A DNA stretch of 64,000 bases from an uncultured Acidobacteriota bacterium (GTDB lineage Bacteria > Acidobacteriota > Terriglobia > UBA7540): the NCBI GenBank assembly GCA_963804995.1, contig CAWDSK010000003.1, positions 928,001 through 992,000 of the forward strand, in the 5' to 3' direction. Positions 56,360 to 64,000 of this stretch are shown here, one piece after another (the first letter of the stretch is position 1; every line of letters begins with the position of its first letter). The notes under the pieces are model-generated. The model was not told where the DNA came from. It saw only the letters and a list, made by a program, of their open reading frames with translations, and ran no database searches. Both the position numbers and the translations under genes were made by a program.

Positions 56360-58657
56360 TCAGGTTCTGCGGGATGAATCCTTGAGCCTCGAGCGGCCAC
56401 TTCCTGACGAATGGGAAGGACTCGAGACCGTGATTTCGTCATAATAGGACTGGGAGTAAGGGCCGTAATAGGATCCGTAATAGCCATCGAAGCGCATGTC
56501 GACCTTGTTGAGAACGATACCCAGAACCCTGGACCCGGCATTTTCGAGAATTCGATGAGCCCTGGCCAGGGCTCCCCGCGCCGTTACTCCGCTGGCAACC
56601 AGCAGAATAACTCCGTCCACCAAGGCCGAGAGAATCACCCCGTCCGTAACCAACAGGAGTGGCGGTGAGTCTATCACGATCTGGGTAAAGCGCTTCATCA
56701 GGTCCTTGAGAGTTGCCTCCATCATATGAGAAGAGATCAGTTCGGCTGGATCGGGAGGCCGCGGGCCTGCCGGCAGAATCCAGAGATTCGGAACGCGTTC
56801 ATACTGGAGCAGAACTTCGTCCAGGGTGTGCGCACCCGTCAGGAAGCTGCTCAATCCCTTTTCATTGGGAACACCCAGCGTCTTTGCAACCGAGGGTCGG
56901 CGCAAGTCAGCATCAACAATTAGAACGGGGCCTCCCCTCTGGGCAAAGGCAATTGCCAAGTTCAAGGCTGTGGAAGTCTTACCTTCACCCACCTGCGCAC
57001 TGGTCACGAGCAAGGTTTGAGGCGGCCGTGGGGCCGTGGAGAGCAGAACCGAAGTCCGCAGACTCCGGTACGATTCCGCCAGAGGCGAAGAGGGTCGCTT
57101 GAGCACAGCAAGTCCCACCCCGTTGGAGGAGGCAGGACCCTGCGGACGATTGCCAGGTAATTGTTGCTGCCGGAAACTCTCACGGTCCACAGGGATAACG
57201 GCCAGGGCCGGAGCATTGATGAGTCTTTCCGCTTCTTCTGGGGAGCGCACCGAACTGTCGAGCGCTTCCTGCATGAAAGCCAGCGTGACTCCTAGGATCA
57301 TGCCCACCAGGAGGCCCGCCATCAGATTGCGGGGTTTGTTCGGGCGGATGGGATTGGTGGGTGGGGTAGCTTGATCAATAACGTGAATGTTGGTGGCTTG
57401 CAAGCTCGCTGAAAGGGTGGCATCTTTTAGCCGTTGCAGGAGGTTCTCATAAAGTTGCTGATTGGTGTCGAAATCACGCTTCAGGATGTTGTGCTCAATC
57501 ATGCGTTGATTGAGCTGTGTGACCTCTTCCTTCTGTTTCGCCAGGGCCTTACCCAGAAGGTCTTTGCGACTGACGGACGCCAGGTAGTCATTATAGACCT
57601 TCTTCACCGCCTGCTTGCGCTCGTTCTCGATGAGCGACTGCATCTCGCTCAATTGTTGACGCAGTCGCACGACCTTGGGGAAATTCGGCCCGTATTGGCT
57701 GAGGGCATCCGCATAAGAAGCCTTTAGATCGTTGTACTTGTCCTCCAACTTCTGCAAAAGCTCATTCTGTACAATGATTCCGACCTGAGATTCATTGCTC
57801 TTGGCAAGCTCGTAGAGGGACTGCTTTTGAGCCAGGTCGTTCTCGGCGGCCGTAAAGTCTTTACTCAAATCCTGGAGTCTTTGATCAGTAATACTCTGCT
57901 TGTCCCCGGTGCTGATAATAAGATTCTGCCGCTCGTAGTCAACCAAGGCTTGCTGGGATTTCTCTACCTTGGCCCGCAACTCATCTAATTGCTGCTGCAT
58001 CCAGCCTGATGCCTGTTGCGTGAAGTCGTATTTTTCCCGGAAATTGAATTCCTTGTAATTCTCAACCAGTTTATTGGCAATGCGCGCCGCTTGTTCGGGA
58101 TCATTGCTCTCGTAGCTCACCTGGATGATGCGACTATCCTTCAGCGCCTCAACGTGCAACTCCACTTTGAAAGCTTCGACAAGGGAAGCTTTTCTGGCTG
58201 CCGCGTTTCGCGCCGCAGAGCGTTGTGGCGTGTTACCTGATGAAGTGGGATCCCCGCCTCCGCCAACTCCGAGTTGCTCGATCGTTTGCCAAGCCAGACT
58301 GTCACTTTTGAGAACCTGTATCTGGGTGGTGAGGAATGCAGAATCTTCACCACCACCGTTTTGTTGGTAAAGCTGGTTAACGCTTTGAACTTGGGGGTAT
58401 TCTGTCTCCACCTCGATGCTGGCCGTGGCCCGGTACACCGGCAACGTCCTGAAAGTGTAAAGTGCCGTCAGTGTGAATATGACAATCGTGGCAATGGCAA
58501 TCGTCCAGGCTCGCTTGACGACCACATGCAAGAAGGTGTTAAAGGTGAAGTGAGTTTCAGCTCCGAGTGCCTCCAGGTCCAAGGTGGTGGGCACAGAACT
58601 GGTGATACGCTGCGGAACGTTACGTTCAATCGGCGATAAAAACTCGTTGTCAGGCAC
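56360..58657 (-). CDS. wzc: Polysaccharide co-polymerase/tyrosine autokinase
   Basis: Two TMs with coiled coil; ESYRSLRT, GEGKT, VDADLRRP, IDSPP; C-terminal Tyr cluster. Confidence 0.93.
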   Translation of the reverse strand: MPDNEFLSPIERNVPQRITSSVPTTLDLEALGAETHFTFNTFLHVVVKRAWTIAIATIVIFTLTALYTFRTLPVYRATASIEVETEYPQVQSVNQLYQQNGGGEDSAFLTTQIQVLKSDSLAWQTIEQLGVGGGGDPTSSGNTPQRSAARNAAARKASLVEAFKVELHVEALKDSRIIQVSYESNDPEQAARIANKLVENYKEFNFREKYDFTQQASGWMQQQLDELRAKVEKSQQALVDYERQNLIISTGDKQSITDQRLQDLSKDFTAAENDLAQKQSLYELAKSNESQVGIIVQNELLQKLEDKYNDLKASYADALSQYGPNFPKVVRLRQQLSEMQSLIENERKQAVKKVYNDYLASVSRKDLLGKALAKQKEEVTQLNQRMIEHNILKRDFDTNQQLYENLLQRLKDATLSASLQATNIHVIDQATPPTNPIRPNKPRNLMAGLLVGMILGVTLAFMQEALDSSVRSPEEAERLINAPALAVIPVDRESFRQQQLPGNRPQGPASSNGVGLAVLKRPSSPLAESYRSLRTSVLLSTAPRPPQTLLVTSAQVGEGKTSTALNLAIAFAQRGGPVLIVDADLRRPSVAKTLGVPNEKGLSSFLTGAHTLDEVLLQYERVPNLWILPAGPRPPDPAELISSHMMEATLKDLMKRFTQIVIDSPPLLLVTDGVILSALVDGVILLVASGVTARGALARAHRILENAGSRVLGIVLNKVDMRFDGYYGSYYGPYSQSYYDEITVSSPSHSSGSGRSRLKDSSRRT

Positions 58658-58707
58658 CTGAAGTTTCTCCCACTGCTGGAATCCGCCCGCGCGGATTGTT
58701 CTCGAAC

Positions 58708-59805
58708 TTAGAAGCGATAGACGGCCAGACCGGTCCCAACAGTCACGGCTGAAGTGACCGCAGAGTGCATAGCCTTTGCTACGGTGCTTTCCGGAATGTA
58801 GAGGATGTCATCCGCCACAAGGGTCATGTCGGACTTCTCGCCCTTCACCATGGCGCGGAAATCCACGATAATTTCTTCCGGTTTTCCCTCCGGGGCTGAG
58901 GGATCCTTGCGCAGGAGCGTAATCTGTTTCATCTTAGCCACGCCCGTCAGTCCCCCGGCCCGCGCTACGGCTTTGAGCACTGTGTAGCGTTCTTGCGTGC
59001 CAGTTAACACATATCCACCTGGGCGCGCGACGGCGCCGAGGATGTAAATGAGCGAAGCTCGCAGCACGACAACCCGATCGCCTGGATAGAGAAGGATGTT
59101 GGTGGTGGGGTCATCACCCGTCTGCAGGAGCTTTCTAATGTCCAGTGTATAAGTTTGTTCCTTGAGGGATGAGTCCACTTTCCCCTCTTGATTGCTTTCC
59201 TTTGCGTCGACACGCGTGCCTTCCTCGCCGCGCGTTAGCACCGCTTTGTCTCCGGCATCCTCCGTCGGCCCTCCCGCTTGCATGACGAGGTCGAAGAGCT
59301 TCGTCGGGCCAAAGATGGGATACCCTTGAGGGCGTTTCACCGCCCCGGAAACGATCACCTGGTGCTGCCTTGTCTCTTTAAGCTCCACCGTCACGTGGGC
59401 ATTGTTAAGCATGCCGGCCTCACGGAATTTGGTGGCAATCAGGGCAGACAATTGTTCCAGGGACAAACCGGCCACAGCGATGGGTTGAGCAAGCAACGGC
59501 AAGGTTAGAAACCCGTTGGAACTCACTCGATACAACCGCGAGACTTCCGGCACATCCATGACATAAACGTCCAGGAGGTCTTCCGGACTTACGGTGTATT
59601 GCGCGGTTGAGTGACTCGGAACATCAACCGCTTTTTGAGGAGTAGTGGTCTGCTTCTCTGCTGAAACAGATTCCACAGGAGCACTTATCGGGGCGGTCTG
59701 GGACCAGGCTGAAATCGACCCAGCCAAAAGGCATACTCCAATTCCCCACCGCCACCCCCTTGCTGCCTTGCAGGACCCTGGCAACTCCTTAAATTTTCTG
59801 TACAT
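58708..59805 (-). CDS. Polysaccharide export protein (Wza/Poly_export plus SLBB domains)
   Basis: Y.V.P.D.L.V.V, G.LTLPL, V.GAV..P, AGG, L.PGD.V. Confidence 0.88.
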   Translation of the reverse strand: MYRKFKELPGSCKAARGWRWGIGVCLLAGSISAWSQTAPISAPVESVSAEKQTTTPQKAVDVPSHSTAQYTVSPEDLLDVYVMDVPEVSRLYRVSSNGFLTLPLLAQPIAVAGLSLEQLSALIATKFREAGMLNNAHVTVELKETRQHQVIVSGAVKRPQGYPIFGPTKLFDLVMQAGGPTEDAGDKAVLTRGEEGTRVDAKESNQEGKVDSSLKEQTYTLDIRKLLQTGDDPTTNILLYPGDRVVVLRASLIYILGAVARPGGYVLTGTQERYTVLKAVARAGGLTGVAKMKQITLLRKDPSAPEGKPEEIIVDFRAMVKGEKSDMTLVADDILYIPESTVAKAMHSAVTSAVTVGTGLAVYRF

Positions 59806-60168
59806 AAGCCCTACCTCTACCCGCTCCTCAACTTCGCATATCCTTCAGAACCTGCGGATTGAGCAAACCGCAAACTCGGCGCAGATTGAACGCCGCGCCA
59901 CAGCCAGGTGGCTGCTTAGTCCCGAATCCCTAAACCGACTCAAAAAGGAACTCCCTGTGAACCCGGCGAGAAAAAAGTCTGGCTTCTCTTTTCAGATTCT
60001 GTCGCAAACAACTGTTGTCCATAGCTTGTGTCAAGATAGATGACACCTTGTGTTTTCGCGGGCACGGGTTCACTCGAAGCGTGAAGACCCACCTCTGTGC
60101 CTTCCTGGCAAGGAACCAAGGTGGCAACAGAAATCCGGCAGGTTGCTCCATGTATTACGTCGCAATCT

Positions 60169-60197
60169 AGTATAGGTCGGCCCCCCGCCGTTGTCAA
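60169..60197 (-). promoter_or_regulatory. Sigma-70 promoter for the polysaccharide locus
   Basis: TTGACA-17-TATACT on the minus strand. Confidence 0.7.
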
Positions 60198-60312
60198 TAG
60201 TGCCCTGATGGCCTCAGCGTCGCTCGGGAGAAGCTGCGAAGTTCCCCACAGCACGGTTGCAGAAGTAGCTTGGGAGAGCATAGTCCACCGCACCTAAGCC
60301 CCTGAAAAGATT

Positions 60313-60387
60313 TGGCTCCTCAGCCAGGACTCGAACCTGGAACCCTTCGGTTAACAGCCGAATGCTCTACCATTGAGCTACTGAGGA
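60313..60387 (-). tRNA. tRNA-Asn (GTT)
   Basis: Full cloverleaf: acceptor TCCTCAG/CTGAGGA, anticodon loop CTGTTAA, TTCGA T-loop, encoded CCA. Confidence 0.97.
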
Positions 60388-60428
60388 GCAAGGCTACACA
60401 TCAAACATCGGCGGAACCAGCCTTTGAG

Positions 60429-60458
60429 TTTATAGCACAGGCACAAAAATCTCGTCAA
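60429..60458 (-). promoter_or_regulatory. Candidate sigma-70 promoter for the tRNA
   Basis: TTGACG-18-TATAAA with extended TG. Confidence 0.55.
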
Positions 60459-60508
60459 CTAACTGACGCTCAGGGCATCAGTGTCATTAAAATAGCCTGC
60501 CGCCTGCT

Positions 60509-60961
60509 CTACTTTTTTGCGGCCGACCCTTGCATCCGCTGGCGCATGGCTTCCAACGCCTCTGGAGCGCGCTTCGCCATCCACTGTTCGAATTTCTCCG
60601 CCAGCGTCTCCAGATTCCTCCACACCGTAGGGTCCTTGAATTGTTGCCTCAAGCTGGGCGCCAGGTTCCGGACCTTGTCCCAAACGATCCAGAACTCACG
60701 GGTATTTTCAAAAAAGAGTTCTTCCTTGATGAGCCCGTTGTTCACGAGCGACGCGGCCATATCCCAGTAACTGATGGTCATACGAAAGAAGGCGTTGTTT
60801 TCCGAGCCCGGCGGGCACTGCGCGATGAACTCCTCATAGGATTTGACGTATTGAAACTCCCGCGTGTACCAAGCCCGCGCCTGGCGCAGCTTGGCTTCCC
60901 GCCGCAAGTCATAAAGGCGCAGCAACAATTCCGCATCGTAATTGTCAGGATGCTCTTTCAC
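60509..60961 (-). CDS. Conserved-looking hypothetical protein (DUF4760-like)
   Basis: DAEL.L.LYDLRRE..LR.AR.W, SYWDMAAS; GTG start after SD GGAGG. Confidence 0.7.
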   Translation of the reverse strand: MKEHPDNYDAELLLRLYDLRREAKLRQARAWYTREFQYVKSYEEFIAQCPPGSENNAFFRMTISYWDMAASLVNNGLIKEELFFENTREFWIVWDKVRNLAPSLRQQFKDPTVWRNLETLAEKFEQWMAKRAPEALEAMRQRMQGSAAKK

Positions 60962-61107
60962 GCAACCCTCCCCGGCTCTTTCGGTAAACATATCAGGTGC
61001 GGACGAGTCAAAATCGCTTCCAATAGGCTCGCCTCCTCCCGCACCCGCATTTTATCACGGTTTCGGGAGGGCTCCCGTTCTCTGCTTTCCCACTACTTGT
61101 TTTCCTT

Positions 61108-62886
61108 CTATTTGGCATCTTCGGGTAGTTCCAATGCTCCTGGCATCAGCTTCAGCGGAGCCAGGCGCTGCTCTTCCAGTTCGGGATGGGGCAGCGGCTT
61201 ACGTGGCAGCATCTGGTCACGCATGGCCGTGTTATACACGAAGATCGCCTCTACGGTGGCGGCCTGCGCGAGGTCCATGGGCTGCAAGCGTTCGTAGGTA
61301 TCCATGTTCGAATGATGCGACCGCGACTCGTAGTCGAGAGGGTCCTGAATGAACTGGAAGCCGGGGATGCCGACAGCATCAAACGAGAGGTGATCGGTGC
61401 CGCCGGTGTTGCGCACGGTGAGGGTGGTGACGCCGAGATCTTTCAGCGGCTCCATCCATTGCGCAAAGATGGGGCCGACCGCGGCGTTCTCCTGCAGACA
61501 AATCCCCAGGATTTTGCCGCCGCCATTATCCACATTGAAGTAGCCGGAAACCTTCGGCTGCTCAGGTTTGAGTACGAGGGGACCGGCAAGCTTGCGCATC
61601 CCCGCGGGCAACTCCAGTTGATCGGGAGCGGTGGAGTGGGGCACGTATCCGAAATGTTCCTTCACGTAGCCGATGGAACCCAGAAGTCCCTGCTCTTCCC
61701 CGCTCCAGAGGCCAATGCGGATGGTGCGCCGCGGCTTGACTTCGAGCGCGCGCAAAATCCGCATGACTTCCAGGGCTACAACCGTCCCGGCGCCATTGTC
61801 GGTCGCGCCGGTCGCCGATGCCCACGAATCAATATGGCCGCCCACCATGACCACCTCATCCTTCAGCTTGGGATCAGTGCCGGGAATCTCCGCGAGGGTG
61901 TCAAAGCCATGCTCATGGTCGCCGGAATACTTAACCTCAACGTTCATTTCAATCTTCACTGGAACGTGGGCCTTAAGCAGACGATAAACCCGGCCGTAGT
62001 TTTCTATGGCCGTCATCACGATAGGAAGGGGGTTGGCGCGCTCGCGCTTATAAGGCACCCAACTCAAGCCCTCCCGGTAATCATCGAAGATCGTGCCGCC
62101 GGAGCCGCCGCTGTTAAGGCCATCGCGGCTGGGAACAATAACTGCCAGGGCCTGTTCGGCAGCCAGAAACTTCCCGATTTTCTCACGCAGGGTGAAGCGC
62201 TTAACCGCTTCCTGAATGCCTTCCGACCGCGGCCTGGCCTTTCCCAGGGGAAATTCCACAATTTTGGCCAAGTCCTTTTCGTCCAGGCGCGTAGACAGCG
62301 GCTTATCCACCGGATTCACCTCGCGCATTTCTCCGAGCAGAACGATTTTCCCGGCCAGCTTGCCTTTATACTTCTCGAAATCTTTCTCCTCCTTGATATC
62401 CACCCAAATGGCCTGGGCATTGACTACGCCGTTAGTGGAAGGCGACCAGGGCAAAGCTTGGGCGATGAAAACCGCCGTGTCCGGCTGGGTCATCCGCACC
62501 CAGGTGTTGAGCTGCTGCCAACCCATGCCGAACTCGCCCCAGTCTTCCAGATGGGCGTTGCTGCAACCCATCGCCGCCAATTGGTCGCGCGTCCACTCGT
62601 TGGCCCGGTAGATGTTGGGTGAGCCAGTAAGGCGCGGGCCAATGCCATCAATCAGAGCCGAGGCGAAATCCATCACATGCGAATGGGTCAGGCCTTCGTC
62701 GCGAATGCGCTCGTACACGGTGTAGTCGAGATTCTCTTTGGCAGGCTGCGGGAGTTCGTAGGAGGGCTTCTCAGGTTCGGGCGCGGCCGCCTTCTCCTTG
62801 TTCTTGTCGACGGCAAAAAGGCAAAGGGGCAGGAGGAAGAAGAGGAAGAAAGCAAGTCTAACCCCGAAAAGGTTGGGGAATCGCAT
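61108..62886 (-). CDS. Secreted M28-family peptidase (carboxypeptidase Q-like)
   Basis: Signal peptide; IGPRLTGS, GGHIDSW, GATDNG, WSGEEQGLLGS, GGTDH.SF, HHSNMD. Confidence 0.92.
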   Translation of the reverse strand: MRFPNLFGVRLAFFLFFLLPLCLFAVDKNKEKAAAPEPEKPSYELPQPAKENLDYTVYERIRDEGLTHSHVMDFASALIDGIGPRLTGSPNIYRANEWTRDQLAAMGCSNAHLEDWGEFGMGWQQLNTWVRMTQPDTAVFIAQALPWSPSTNGVVNAQAIWVDIKEEKDFEKYKGKLAGKIVLLGEMREVNPVDKPLSTRLDEKDLAKIVEFPLGKARPRSEGIQEAVKRFTLREKIGKFLAAEQALAVIVPSRDGLNSGGSGGTIFDDYREGLSWVPYKRERANPLPIVMTAIENYGRVYRLLKAHVPVKIEMNVEVKYSGDHEHGFDTLAEIPGTDPKLKDEVVMVGGHIDSWASATGATDNGAGTVVALEVMRILRALEVKPRRTIRIGLWSGEEQGLLGSIGYVKEHFGYVPHSTAPDQLELPAGMRKLAGPLVLKPEQPKVSGYFNVDNGGGKILGICLQENAAVGPIFAQWMEPLKDLGVTTLTVRNTGGTDHLSFDAVGIPGFQFIQDPLDYESRSHHSNMDTYERLQPMDLAQAATVEAIFVYNTAMRDQMLPRKPLPHPELEEQRLAPLKLMPGALELPEDAK

Positions 62887-63109
62887 GGATTGCTCTCCTT
62901 TGGAAAGCGTCCCAGAGCCGAGTAGAAAACATGGAGTAGACCGGATTCTCCAGTCTCAGCTTTTGAACGACCGTTACCATACGCCCGGCCGCCTCTGAAT
63001 GCAATCGTATGGTGGGGATTTCATTGTGAAGCGCCTCAGCGGGCAGGGAAACCAGCGTCGTGCGGGCCTGTTGGGTTGGCCCCTGGCTCTTTGCGTGCGC
63101 CGGGTGGGA

Positions 63110-63574
63110 TTACGCGGGAGGGTTTGAGCTGGCGTTGCCGGCTTCCAGCTTATTGATGACGCAGTGGAGCACCCCGACCGAGAACGAAACGTGGACCGTT
63201 TCCTCCCGGTCATCCACATCGATCGCCAGATTGTTGCTGCGCTTGACGATCGTGATGTGCTCATTCGGGCTTTTCACTTCCACGAGCGTGGCATCGGGGC
63301 AGCGCTCAAGTTCCTGGCTCACTGCCTTGAGCAGGGGCAGCCACTTACGCGTCTCAGCGTCTTTCACCTTGAACGACTGGGCGGGAACGAAACCCAGGGC
63401 CACTGGCACCAGGACCGCCGGAACGATGACGTTGACGTGGTCCCCTTGGGGGCCTTTTCCCACCACGGAGACCCTCACCGCGCCGGCAGTGTAAGTAACG
63501 ATGGCCGCGCTTCCTACCAGTGAGGCGACCGCGGCCATCATCACGGTTGATGCTTTGAGTGCTATGGGGTACAT
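63110..63574 (-). CDS. Hypothetical exported/membrane-anchored protein
   Basis: N-terminal hydrophobic segment; SD GAGG; resembles the neighbouring ORF. Confidence 0.6.
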   Translation of the reverse strand: MYPIALKASTVMMAAVASLVGSAAIVTYTAGAVRVSVVGKGPQGDHVNVIVPAVLVPVALGFVPAQSFKVKDAETRKWLPLLKAVSQELERCPDATLVEVKSPNEHITIVKRSNNLAIDVDDREETVHVSFSVGVLHCVINKLEAGNASSNPPA

Positions 63575-63586
63575 GTTCCAGCCTCA

Positions 63587-64000
63587 CTAGTCGGATGTAC
63601 TGCGCGTGTCGGTCCAGATGCGGACGGTCTCGGATTTGTCGTTCACATTCACCAGCTCCACGGCGCCCAGCCCCCGCAGGGCTCGGATGCCGGCCGCTAT
63701 GTCCAGCTCGTCCTTGTTGCCGCTGAGCATCGCCGCCACCACGCTGAGCGGAACTTTGACTTCCACTTTTTCGCCCAAGGTCCGCTTGTCGCCCTGCTTC
63801 TGCTGTACATGAATCAGCAGGTTCCCGTTGGACTTGGCCACACGGACATCTTCATGGGGGCTCGCGACCGTGACGAATTCATTGTCGGGGGTGGTGCGAA
63901 TGGCCTCAAAAAGCGTGCGAAGGTCGATTTCGTTGACCTTGAGCTTAACTTTGCCGCCTTTTAATCTGTCGGCGCAAATGGTGGGAATGACTTTTTCCGC
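63587..64000 (-). CDS. Hypothetical protein, 5'-truncated by the window edge
   Basis: Frame open from 64000 (AEKVIPTICADR...EFVTVASPHEDVRVAKS) into the 63587..63841 ORF. Confidence 0.7.
   Translation of the reverse strand, partial: AEKVIPTICADRLKGGKVKLKVNEIDLRTLFEAIRTTPDNEFVTVASPHEDVRVAKSNGNLLIHVQQKQGDKRTLGEKVEVKVPLSVVAAMLSGNKDELDIAAGIRALRGLGAVELVNVNDKSETVRIWTDTRSTSD

Noticed and set aside
59806..60168. ops/JUMPstart element before the Wza-like gene
   Set aside because: No GGCGGTAG match found on the coding strand
60313..60387. tRNA-Asn as integration site for the polysaccharide locus
   Set aside because: No integrase and no duplicated tRNA 3' end noticed in the window
4533..62622. Long antisense ORFs (e.g. 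4533-5951, 22782-23996, 25525-27042, 36935-38131, 61186-62622)
   Set aside because: Shadows of well-supported genes in GC-rich DNA, with no motifs

Overview
GC-rich bacterial window, most likely Acidobacteriota/Terriglobia (inferred from the acidobacterial-type PadR, SBBP/Ig surface proteins and repeat families). From left to right it holds: (1) three large Ser/Thr-rich Ig-like surface proteins, an OmpR-type two-component pair and a predicted beta-barrel protein; (2) a Tat-signal DegT aminotransferase, a Tat-signal RidA and an APC permease; (3) a ~22 kb minus-strand hydrogenase supercluster: hoxE, a hoxF-GltD fusion, hoxU, hoxY, a four-helix-bundle gene, hoxH, hoxW, then hdrCBA-mvhDGA, a second maturation protease and hypCDEABF, each half behind a sigma-54-like promoter; (4) a repeat-dense region around padR and a Tat CehA/McbA hydrolase; (5) a Wza/Wzc exopolysaccharide locus with rml genes, a geranylgeranyl-reductase-like gene and an RGP/STELLO-like gene; (6) tRNA-Asn, an M28 peptidase and hypotheticals. 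Six single-base frameshifts look like long-read errors. The best novelty candidates are: (a) a shared C-terminal module in which a membrane hairpin ending in a lipobox-like Cys splits the last Ig domain, a possible unrecognised surface-anchoring signal; (b) heptamer-arm inverted-repeat inserts at gene junctions of the hydrogenase operon, one with a 13-bp duplication of the ribosome-binding site and one carrying an Avd-like four-helix-bundle gene; (c) the HoxF-GltD fusion; (d) IS-ended MITEs carrying REP hairpins. All calls come from reading the sequence; no searches were run.
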